From assembly GCA_977017575.1 (NCBI GenBank), contig CDRNVI010000093.1, forward strand, positions 29,571 through 93,570: a stretch of 64,000 nucleotides of DNA. The letters run 5' to 3'. The first letter of the stretch is position 1, and each line of letters opens with the position of its first letter. Source of the DNA: Paramoeba atlantica (taxonomy: Eukaryota > Protista > Discosea). Under the pieces are notes generated by a model. It saw only the letters and a program-made list of their open reading frames with translations, searched no databases and had not been told where the DNA came from. Below, one piece after another: positions 1-8,725 of this stretch. The translations under genes were made by a program, and so were the position numbers.

Positions 1-1786
1 CGATTTCGCTGGTCATAGCTGTATGTGCATAGCTATCAAGTTTTCGATCCTCACGCACTTGCTCCTGCTTGGTTGACATCCTACGAGATATAATTTGAGG
101 AACGAATGGGGCTGTTTCTGGTGAAAGGAGGGAAACGTCGGACTCTAGTGACAAGGGTGAAAAATTTTCCGTCTCTGCACTAATCCAGTTTGCCTTGCTT
201 TTTTCTTCTTCAGTAGGATGGCGATATTGACATCTTTGCGTACCTGCATAGGCACACTTGCCATTTAGCCAATGGACACACACATCATCTGCTACCTGAG
301 CGTATTTACACTTGCTTCCGTATTTGCATGACCCGAATTGTGTGACGCAAGGATGGATGCCCGACGTTATTGAATCGCATAGTGTATTACTAGTGAAATT
401 CTGTTTACAGGACTGCCTCACGATTTGTTGCTCTTGTATCCAGGATAGCAAGGAAGCTTCTGCATCATGAGCAAACGGACAACTTTCGGACAAGGCGAAG
501 CACTTTCCTTTTAGCCATCTTAAACATATATTGTTTGGAACATCACGAAATGTACATGCATCGCCAAATTTGCAGCCGCCACATTGAGTAATACAAGGAT
601 GAGTCTGTTCATCCTGACCGATGGACCCACTTATTTCATCTATTTCTAAATTAGATAGAGTCCCATTTGCAACAATTTGTTCATGCTCGTAAGCAGGGTT
701 GGGATCTGTGTCCTGTCGAATAAAATCATTTGAAATGGCCGCGTAGTCCACATCATCGGTACTTATTGGATTCAGCGATGACTGCTTATCGAGAGTGTGC
801 AAGAATGAGCACTCACCCATCTGTGTACTTCGACATCTTCCGTTCAGCCAGTGTACACAAACCTCACCGCTGACTTCTCGGTATTTGCACTTGTTCCCAA
901 ACTTACATGCTCCGCATTGTACAACACATGGATGCAGCAATGTAGATGCCGTATTTCCTACCGTACGTGTAGATGGGTTATCGGTTTGATTCTGAATCGA
1001 AGTATCTTGATCACCAGACACAGTAGAACAACTTAAATCGTTGGGTACAGTATCTAGTATGCATGCATTTTCCGCCGTGTGTCGATAAGGACATGTTCTT
1101 CCATTTTCACTTCGGCATTTACCATTTAGCCAGAAAACACAAACGTCCCCTGGGATGCCCCTATATTTGCACTTTTCACCAAATTTACACTCGCCACACT
1201 GTACAATGCATGGATGAGGTGCAAGACATTTGGCCGCATCGGGGGTTGAAATAGAAGGTCCCAATCGTGGTGAATTTTCGTCTGACACAATGTACAAGGC
1301 CCCATAAGCATCGCACCTTGTGGTTACAGCTTCTTCGGGGAAAAGTGATAGCAATTCAGTATTGTGCACAGAGTGGAGATTGCGACACAGTGAACCAAAC
1401 GCACAGCCTCCGTGTAAATAGTTCAAGCATATATTTCCTGGCATTGTGGCGTACTTACATGTATCCCCATATTTACAAACTCCATACTGTACGATACATG
1501 GGTGAACTCGTACAGGTTTCTGCGGAATATTTCCAGATGTAGAAACGACATTGGAAGTGAAAATATGTCTTTCAGCCGCATGATCTACATCGATGTGACT
1601 TTGGGCACTGATCAACCTATCCTGGTTCAGTGTATCGCCCTGTTTTTCTGATTCAGTCGTATTCATAAGGTAATCAGTTGCTGCCTCCAAATTGTAATTA
1701 CATCGCCGCAAAGCTGTCTTTGCCTCCTTCAAAGCATATCCGAGCTCGTTAAGTCGCTTTACCAATGTCTCATGCTTGGAGGGCAT
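1..1786 (-). CDS. UBA-domain protein with five tandem paired zinc-finger (CCCH-type) modules; 3'-partial, runs off the window start
   Basis: Manual translation; absent from the ORF track because there is no stop in the window. The frame is open from 1858 to position 2, with ATGs at 1858, 1834 and 1786 (1786 preferred). The N-terminus LVKRLNELGYALKEAKTALRRCNYNLEAATDYLMN matches the UBA pattern. Five HPCxxQxGxCK(F/Y)GxxC...C-x7-C-x5/7-C-x3-H modules lie at 1373-1504, 1079-1216, 797-934, 467-601 and 218-355. Confidence 0.9.
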   Translation of the reverse strand, partial: MPSKHETLVKRLNELGYALKEAKTALRRCNYNLEAATDYLMNTTESEKQGDTLNQDRLISAQSHIDVDHAAERHIFTSNVVSTSGNIPQKPVRVHPCIVQYGVCKYGDTCKYATMPGNICLNYLHGGCAFGSLCRNLHSVHNTELLSLFPEEAVTTRCDAYGALYIVSDENSPRLGPSISTPDAAKCLAPHPCIVQCGECKFGEKCKYRGIPGDVCVFWLNGKCRSENGRTCPYRHTAENACILDTVPNDLSCSTVSGDQDTSIQNQTDNPSTRTVGNTASTLLHPCVVQCGACKFGNKCKYREVSGEVCVHWLNGRCRSTQMGECSFLHTLDKQSSLNPISTDDVDYAAISNDFIRQDTDPNPAYEHEQIVANGTLSNLEIDEISGSIGQDEQTHPCITQCGGCKFGDACTFRDVPNNICLRWLKGKCFALSESCPFAHDAEASLLSWIQEQQIVRQSCKQNFTSNTLCDSITSGIHPCVTQFGSCKYGSKCKYAQVADDVCVHWLNGKCAYAGTQRCQYRHPTEEEKSKANWISAETENFSPLSLESDVSLLSPETAPFVPQIISRRMSTKQEQVREDRKLDSYAHTAMTSEI

Positions 1787-2069
1787 GTTATTAACACAAG
1801 AAAATAGCTGATAAGAAGGTCCCAAAGGACACATCAAAGAACCAAATATATTGAACATTTACGTGTAAGAGATGAGCACGACGGAAGGTCATGAATCCGT
1901 CTTGTATACAGCGTAGAGAACTACTGTTCCCCCTCCTTAAGAGTGCGCCAATTTCGGACATTGGTCTTTCAAATAGGGGGTTCGATTAAGAAAGTTTTCT
2001 CCATGAACCAAAAAACGAGCCCATAATATTTTTGTTGGCTAATGAACGCTAAAGTTAAATAGGGAGATG

Positions 2070-2199
2070 CCAAAAGTGCAGGTGCGGCGGCTTCCCACAG
2101 GAAAAACGTTATCTCCACCTTTGTATGCGCCTGTACGCTCTCATGCCATAAGGGAGATACCGTTTTTCTTGTGGGAAACTGCGGCACTTGCACTTTTGG
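2070..2199. repeat. Long inverted repeat / fold-back hairpin (47-bp arms, 36-nt loop)
   Basis: The arm at 2070-2116 matches the reverse complement of 2153-2199 at 41/47 positions. Confidence 0.9.
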
Positions 2200-2220
2200 T
2201 AATCCGGGCTGCGGTTTAAA

Positions 2221-2368
2221 ATCCAAATAGGCACTTTAATATCCAAATAGGCACTTTAACATCCAAATAGCACTTTAATACCCAAATAGCACTTTAATAT
2301 CCAAATAGGCACTTTAATATCCAAATAGTCACTTTAATACCCAAATAGCACTTTAATATCCAAATAGG
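2221..2368. repeat. Minisatellite with a 19-20 bp unit A(T/C)CCAAATAG(G/T/-)CACTTTAA(T/C); 7 full copies plus 1 partial
   Basis: Read directly; units are head-to-tail with no spacers. Confidence 0.95.
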
Positions 2369-2669
2369 TTTTTTCACTTCAAAATGACATCATGGAAACT
2401 GTCGCATCCGAATGCTTGAAGCGCCATTCGGAAGAGCTGAAACGTTGGGAAACCACTTGGGAAATTGTTTCTGAATGTAGTTCTATAGAAGGTGATTTTG
2501 AGGCATCGCCGTCCGAAGAAGACGCTCATCAAGTTTACGCGTCTTCGCATATTACGAATCCCTTCCTGCATCTACGAAAGATAGAAAGAAAGGCTTAATG
2601 TCTATTTCAAATGCGGTTCATAAGCAAGACAAATTTTTGAAAAAAATATTTTTCAAAATAAACTCCCAG

Positions 2670-2795
2670 AAAGGGTAGCCGAAGTCTTGGGGCACATTTT
2701 CCACCCCCGTACTCGGGGACGCCCCCCCTGGAATCAACAGGACGGGACCGCCAAGTTCGGATATTTTCTGAAAAAAAATCGAACTTTGCAAAAAA
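2670..2795 (+). repeat. Dispersed repeat copy A (core AAAGGGTAGCCGAAGTCTTGGGGCACATT)
   Basis: The core at 2670-2698 resembles the reverse complement of 30152-30181 (AAAGGCGTAGCCGGAGTCTTGGCGTACATT). Further shared blocks are CCAAGTTC and CTGAAA..CGAA..GCAAAAA. Confidence 0.6.
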
Positions 2796-3008
2796 CATGG
2801 CTTAAAGTTTTTTTAATCGTTTCGCCTTTTGTATTTTGAGAGTTTGGGACCTATATACTAGCTTTCTACGCCGTTGTTTTCACAAGATACCCCTTCCAAA
2901 AAACGCCCCAAAAAAGGTGTCCTGGAAAATCCAGGTAAAACTTAACAGGTTTCAACCCTCTAAATAGGGAGGTAGAGCAATGACAATTAAGTAGGTTGCA
3001 TTAATAAT

Positions 3009-4259
3009 CTACAGATTCTGCATCTCTCTGACACGTTTTCGAAATTCTCTTTTTCGATATTTGAGACTTGTTTTTTCATCTTGCGATTGTTGAGACTCAC
3101 ATCGTCTTGATTTCCTTTTGAGTAAGGCAACGTATTCACTCCAAAACCGAGTTTTGCTACAAAGCGGGCAAGGTGCGGCATGCGCTGGAACAAAATAATC
3201 ATACAAATTTTCTTCGTAAACGTTATTGCTATCCTTTTTTACGGGTCGACAAGCTTGAAACCAGTCAGATAGGCACAAAAGATGCGTCGCAAAAGTACAT
3301 GGATGTACACAGGTCAACATGCAATTGAAAGGAACAATCGTCGAGCAAAAATAACAGCAAATGTTATCCTTCATTTCGGATGCCATAAGGCATTGAGAAA
3401 TGCCTTCCGAGGAGATGCAATGTACGTTGGAAGCTTTCTTCTCGTTATTCTGAGCACTGCGATACAAAAATACTTCTTCCTTAGGTGCCTGCGTTAATCC
3501 TTCTATAAGAGAAAAGAAATCTTCTCCATCACTCTCTAATATTTTACGCGAACAATTCAGATCTCGGTTGTTTAACTGTTCTTCCACCACGAAATCTGGT
3601 GTACCTTGCCTGTCATTACTCAATTCATTCTGCACGAACTCTTCTGAATGACTTTCATCATCGCTAAGAAAATCGAAACCAGTGATGTGCGCTCGCAATT
3701 GTTCAAAAGATCCCTGCGCGATTTTGATCAATTTATTGAGTTCTGGCACTGCATAGTAATTACCCCTCTTGATCCGCACTTTATTGGGAGTGGAGCCACG
3801 CATATGCATCAAAGTAGAATCGTACCTCTCCTTTCCGTGGCCAATAAAAAATATCGTCATCGAAAGCTTGTTCCAGGGTGAAAGTTGCAACAATTCGTGC
3901 AGAATGGCGAGTTTAGCTTTATACGCCCAACGTTGCCCCACATTGCCTTTCATCTCTTGACATTTAGCGCGAAGTAGCCCGCAGGAAAGATGAGGATGCT
4001 GCCAATTCCATTCAAACTGAAGTGCAACATGTTTGTTAGGAAATCCAAATATACAGAGTTCCATGCGCCAAGGCCTTCCAACCTTTTGCGTACGAAAAGC
4101 ACCAGCTGTGATCTCCCCATTATGCTGTCGAAGGCGGCGTTCAGGATTAACGGTATACCCAATATACGTCAAAGTTGACTTTGCGGGATCCGCTGAGGTC
4201 AAAAGATAAACTGCGTGGAACTGAGTATCGAATTGTGACATGGAAGAATAGAAAAGCAC
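3009..4259 (-). CDS. SLX1: Structure-specific endonuclease subunit SLX1 (GIY-YIG plus C-terminal Cys/His finger); probable start at 4241
   Basis: VYLL..TYIGYTVNPERRLRQHNGEI..GA.RT...RPW.M...IFGFPNKHVALQFEWNWQHP is the SLX1 GIY-YIG signature, followed by a C-terminal CxxC..C..H..C..CPxC cluster. Confidence 0.93.
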   Translation of the reverse strand: MLFYSSMSQFDTQFHAVYLLTSADPAKSTLTYIGYTVNPERRLRQHNGEITAGAFRTQKVGRPWRMELCIFGFPNKHVALQFEWNWQHPHLSCGLLRAKCQEMKGNVGQRWAYKAKLAILHELLQLSPWNKLSMTIFFIGHGKERYDSTLMHMRGSTPNKVRIKRGNYYAVPELNKLIKIAQGSFEQLRAHITGFDFLSDDESHSEEFVQNELSNDRQGTPDFVVEEQLNNRDLNCSRKILESDGEDFFSLIEGLTQAPKEEVFLYRSAQNNEKKASNVHCISSEGISQCLMASEMKDNICCYFCSTIVPFNCMLTCVHPCTFATHLLCLSDWFQACRPVKKDSNNVYEENLYDYFVPAHAAPCPLCSKTRFWSEYVALLKRKSRRCESQQSQDEKTSLKYRKREFRKRVREMQNL

Positions 4260-4699
4260 ATCGTTCGGTTGGAATCATTGACAGTCTTAAGCGTTCAAGA
4301 AAATTTTAGCTCTCACACTTCTCTTTTTCCAGCATTGGATGAGAATACAAAAAAAGAGCAAGCATTTTATATTCCGAAAACTACTTGAAGTAGTGAATGC
4401 CTTTTTTACGTGACCTTATTGTAGGCAGAAGTAAAGGAAATAAACAAATTTTGTTTCTGTGTTCCATCCAAACCTGTTACCGTAAAAGGGGGTCAAGTAC
4501 ATCAAAAGAGTAGGTAAAAATAGCGAGCCCACTTTGAAAAATCTAAGGTATTAAAAACACAAGATCCCTAAAGTCTCTTCTTATTTTATCGGTCCGATAC
4601 CTTCCTCTCACTTAAATATTGACATAGAAATATTTGTACGGTTGCTGAATGAGATACATGTAGCTACTTGACATGTCAAACCGCCTATCGGACGCGGTT

Positions 4700-5974
4700 T
4701 TACTTGCTACTGATCAATGACATCATCTTTTGTGCAGCCTCGTCCAAATCGGAAGCCGGATGAATGCTCAGACCGCTTTCTCGCAACAAATTCTTTCCTT
4801 CGTCTGAGTTCGTCCCTGACAGTCGAACGACAAGTGGCACCTTACAACTGGATGCATGACACGCTTCAATCACGCCCCGGGCGATAGTGTCACATTTCAT
4901 TATACCGCCAAAAATGTTTACCAGTACGCCGCGCACTTTTCGGTCCTGTTGAATGATAGACAACGCACTTGCAACTTGTTGAGTGGAGGCACTTCCGCCC
5001 ACATCAAGAAAATTAGCTGGGCTTCCGCCATAAAGGGATATGACGTCCATTGTTGCCATCGCCAGTCCAGCACCATTTACCAAGCAGCCGACGTTGCCAT
5101 CTAAGGCCACGTAATTGAGTTTCCATTTTGCTGCTTCGACTTCTCGAGGATCCTTAGCATCCATATCTTCATGTAGCATGACCTCTGCTTGACGAAAATC
5201 TGCATTATCATCAAAATTTATTTTTGCATCAATACACATGAAAGAGCCATCATTAAGCTGTGCGAATGGGTTAATTTCGACCATAAGAGCATCTTTAGAT
5301 TTTGCAAAATCGTACAGTTTTACAAGTTCTTCGGCAGCACCGGGACCCATGCCAAGTGCAAAGGCAAATTCTTTCGTTGCATCAAGCGATATGCCCTTCA
5401 GGATATTTACTGGCATTTTATGAATCTTTTCCGGGGACGAACGCGCAACTTCCTCTATATCCATTCCCCCTTCTGACGATGCAACGAATACAGGCCCACC
5501 GGAGGGCCGATCTAGCAAAATGGCTAAGTAGTACTCTTTCTTAATTTCAGGCAAGCACTCAGCAATATACAGTTTCCGTACTTGCATACCACTCGCTCCC
5601 GTCTGTTTCGTAACGAGTGTTCCGCCTAGCATTTTTGTGGCTACTTCGATTGCGCTCTCTAAGGTAGTACACATATGCACACCTCCCTCAAATCCACTGG
5701 TAAAAGTGCCCTTTCCACGACCCCCGGCAAGGATTTGAGCTTTCACAACCTTCACCTCCGAAGGAATGTCCTTCCACACTTTTGGAATATCGGCAACTGA
5801 TTCACACATAACTCCCTTCTCAACGTTACAGCCTGCCGACCGCAGTAAGTGCTTTGCACTATACTCGTGAACGCTAAAATGGCGGTGATTTTGAGCAAAG
5901 TGTATAGAGCTACCTGAACACAGCCGCCTCATTCTCCCGGTATGGTAAAAAAGTAGGTTCCGCAAAATTAGCAT
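4700..5974 (-). CDS. sucC: Succinyl-CoA ligase beta subunit, mitochondrial
   Basis: Motifs VVKAQILAGGRGKG, EINP, DAKINFDDNADFRQ, GCLVNGAGLAMATMD, PANFLDVGG and VNIFGGIMKCD, with a presequence-like N-terminus. Confidence 0.97.
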   Translation of the reverse strand: MLILRNLLFYHTGRMRRLCSGSSIHFAQNHRHFSVHEYSAKHLLRSAGCNVEKGVMCESVADIPKVWKDIPSEVKVVKAQILAGGRGKGTFTSGFEGGVHMCTTLESAIEVATKMLGGTLVTKQTGASGMQVRKLYIAECLPEIKKEYYLAILLDRPSGGPVFVASSEGGMDIEEVARSSPEKIHKMPVNILKGISLDATKEFAFALGMGPGAAEELVKLYDFAKSKDALMVEINPFAQLNDGSFMCIDAKINFDDNADFRQAEVMLHEDMDAKDPREVEAAKWKLNYVALDGNVGCLVNGAGLAMATMDVISLYGGSPANFLDVGGSASTQQVASALSIIQQDRKVRGVLVNIFGGIMKCDTIARGVIEACHASSCKVPLVVRLSGTNSDEGKNLLRESGLSIHPASDLDEAAQKMMSLISSK

Positions 5975-6032
5975 TATTAAAATAGAACCTCACACATTAC
6001 TATAAAGTATAATAATAGTATGTACGATATCA

Positions 6033-6215
6033 TCATTTTTGTTCTCGTCCCTTTAGATTTTTATGCGCTAAAGCAGCTCTTCTCGTTTCGGGCGTTTCGT
6101 ATAAATACGGTAAAATAACGAGGTACGAACATACGTGCAGAGGTAGTACCTTCCTCACGAAAATTTCCTGCCTTTTACAATAATTGTACTCATCTTGAGT
6201 CAAGCGGAGTGCCAT
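6033..6215 (-). CDS. Small (60 aa) single-hydrophobic-segment protein, function unknown
   Basis: ATG-initiated and on the cluster strand. It fills the gap between neighbours and has one hydrophobic stretch (VLPLHVCSYLVILPYLY) and a basic tail. Confidence 0.5.
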   Translation of the reverse strand: MALRLTQDEYNYCKRQEIFVRKVLPLHVCSYLVILPYLYETPETRRAALAHKNLKGREQK

Positions 6216-6332
6216 TTAATGCATATCGACATCGCACCATCCCATAAAAAATTCCAAAACGTAAATACCGAAGTAAACGAGATATACAAGGTACATAAAC
6301 AGAATTATGTTGAAATTATGAAAGATCCATCC

Positions 6333-7760
6333 TCATCGCTCCGGCAGGACAAACGACGATTTCACAAGTTTGTCCTCCCCAAAGGATATCCCATGCGCAA
6401 GATCCCGCTCGTGGTCCTTATCCGCACTGTGGCGCAGCGCGTGCATGAGAATCGCTCCCGCTGAGACGACATTCAGGCTCTCCACCAAACAGTGGTCCAT
6501 GGTAACCGAGACATACTGTGGACGAATCCTCTTCCAGTGACTACACATCGCACGTAGCCCGTGGTGCTCCCCACCCAGAACCACCAGAGCTCCGTAGTTC
6601 TCCAGCGGCTGCGGGGACTCGAACGGTTGCCGTCGCTGTTGGTTGTACCAATAAAGCGAACGAGCAAACTCGGTAATGGGCGTCGTCTCGGCTGCGGGAA
6701 GTGTCACGCAGGGAACCAAGCGCTGTGCAATGGCAACGTCTTCGAGGAGTTCAGCGGCTTTGCGCGGATCCTGGGATGGAATTTCAACAAACACGGCGTG
6801 GGGGTGGTAATGAGCTCCTTCTGCGGCTCGTAGCACTTTTTCATTGAGCAGGGAGACACAATCCATAAGGATTACCGTATGAAAGCCAATGGTTACTGCA
6901 TATTTGAGCAACGCCCCAAGGTTTGATGGTATTTGCATACCATGGAGGGCGAGAATGCGACCAGGAGAAGATATGACCTCACGAGAAAATAAGACGTCTC
7001 TGCGCATGCGTTTGGGTGCAGGAAAGTGAGCCGCGAAACTGTCGTTCAGCTTCGCGTGTAACATGCGGTTGATAAGCGGTAGCGGGGAGTGAATTACGTA
7101 AGTGGGTTGGGAATTCTCGCGGCACCACCTGGGAAGATGAATATCCGACGCTGCGAATAGAGCATGCGGGCGAATTCCGTAGTGGGCCCAAACTTTGTAT
7201 ATTCCCTCTTCACCACCAAAGACGCAGTCCTGAATAGGATGTTCTTCAGTGCATCGTTTCCTCATGGACTCGCGAGTAGCCCTACACGCACGATAGATTG
7301 ACAATGCTAGGCCATTGCGCGATTCAAGGTCAGGAGTCCTTCCCTGCTCATTGGGTCTTTCATCGGAGGTCGCTGTTGGAATATCAGCCGCATTGAGATC
7401 TAGAAATACAGTTTGCTTTGGTATAGTTTTGATGCGCTTCTCATCGTCGATTAATGACGGCGTGGATGACGATGAATTCTGGATACTGGGAACAGAGGCA
7501 TCTTTCGATGTGCGAAGGGATCCCGGTACTTTCGGGTGTCCAGAACTGTATGGTTTCTCAGCGTAGTCGGATTTTACTCCTTTGTATCTCCCTTCATTGC
7601 TTTGATCTGTCGCTTTAGTAGATGTGCTGATGGTCGGGTTCGGTTTCGCTTTCTTTCGCAAGAAACGAAGGCATTGCCAAAAATAAACTCTCTCCGATGG
7701 TTTTGTTTGTGCAATGCTTCGTCCAAGAACTGCTCTTTGAAAACAGTTTGTACAACTCAT
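6333..7760 (-). CDS. SpoU/TrmH-family (SPOUT) RNA 2'-O-methyltransferase, probably mitochondrial
   Basis: The three SPOUT motifs are present: LHGMQIPSNLGALLK, LVVLGGEHHGL and VESLNVVSAGAILMH. Confidence 0.85.
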   Translation of the reverse strand: MSCTNCFQRAVLGRSIAQTKPSERVYFWQCLRFLRKKAKPNPTISTSTKATDQSNEGRYKGVKSDYAEKPYSSGHPKVPGSLRTSKDASVPSIQNSSSSTPSLIDDEKRIKTIPKQTVFLDLNAADIPTATSDERPNEQGRTPDLESRNGLALSIYRACRATRESMRKRCTEEHPIQDCVFGGEEGIYKVWAHYGIRPHALFAASDIHLPRWCRENSQPTYVIHSPLPLINRMLHAKLNDSFAAHFPAPKRMRRDVLFSREVISSPGRILALHGMQIPSNLGALLKYAVTIGFHTVILMDCVSLLNEKVLRAAEGAHYHPHAVFVEIPSQDPRKAAELLEDVAIAQRLVPCVTLPAAETTPITEFARSLYWYNQQRRQPFESPQPLENYGALVVLGGEHHGLRAMCSHWKRIRPQYVSVTMDHCLVESLNVVSAGAILMHALRHSADKDHERDLAHGISFGEDKLVKSSFVLPER

Positions 7761-8086
7761 GCCCTACAGCAATGACAACGCGGAGGATAACTAAGAGCGC
7801 ATCAGGGTACTCTGAGTTGGATGTAATATTGATTGTAGTACGCTCTCTCGTTTGTTACTGCAGCACATTTTTGTAATCTAATTTTGAAACAAAGGATATT
7901 TTTTTGAGATTTTCTTATGCAAAGCAATTGTCTTCGCATATAACAATACACTATGATAACATCAATAAGTAAAGTTAATTTGGATGCTTTACTATACTAT
8001 TTCGCTTTATGTTATAGACAGAACTATAAATTCTAAATACGACAGGATTCAATACTTACACTTTCTTTCGTGAAAACATGACTTTC

Positions 8087-8497
8087 TTAGTCTATTTCCT
8101 TCATTTTCGTGTCGGACTTAATAACTTCATCCTTACTACGGTGTTGAGCCTTACGCTCCAAAATACGCCTGCGGTCTTTCGTTAGCTTAAGCTTTATTAT
8201 TTCAACATTAGATGCGTTAATTCCAAGAGGCACTGACGTACCGTTCGCTTTTTCCCGATTAAGCTTGTCCACGTGAATAACCCATTTCAAACGATACACT
8301 TGAGTAATCTTCCCTTCTCGTCCTTTGGATTGTCCTCGCTTTACTTTGACCTCGTCATCACGGCGGACAGGCATTGATCGTACTCCATATTTGGCTCGCA
8401 GCTCCTTGGACAATGGGGCACTCATACGAATACGTCGTTCGTGGCTGGGGGCAGTGAAGTGGGCTTTTCTTTGCTTGCGACGGCTTATGGTGACCAT
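8087..8497 (-). CDS. RPL26: 60S ribosomal protein L26 (uL24)
   Basis: [51 protein letters not shown] and [19 protein letters not shown]. Confidence 0.98.
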   Translation of the reverse strand: MVTISRRKQRKAHFTAPSHERRIRMSAPLSKELRAKYGVRSMPVRRDDEVKVKRGQSKGREGKITQVYRLKWVIHVDKLNREKANGTSVPLGINASNVEIIKLKLTKDRRRILERKAQHRSKDEVIKSDTKMKEID

Positions 8498-8725
8498 TGC
8501 TCGTTGAGTATGATATAGCTGGTGTAAAAACTAAAGTGTATCACCTAAAGTAGAACTGTAGCTATAACTGTAGCTATCGACGACTGAGTAGACTTATGAT
8601 TTTTATAGCTGTAAAAAATAATATTGAAGCAATAAAAGTGGTGAAATCGATAACGAACTAGTCCCGAGGATAAATGTTTATAGCGAAAGAGACGCCCACC
8701 CATTAATGCTCGTGAAAACTAAAAG

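Noticed and set aside
1969-2226. 85-aa minus-strand ORF
   Set aside because: It starts at a TTG inside the minisatellite with an in-frame stop just upstream and no early ATG; most of its length is the inverted-repeat hairpin.
2221-2368. CRISPR array
   Set aside because: The repeats are contiguous with no unique spacers, there are no cas genes, and the context is eukaryotic.
2392-2598. 68-aa plus-strand ORF as a gene
   Set aside because: It is antisense to the cluster, short and has no recognisable motif. It is kept only as possible cargo of the putative insertion.
8554-8580. 12-bp tandem duplication AACTGTAGCTAT upstream of RPL26
   Set aside because: Only two copies; most likely simple slippage.
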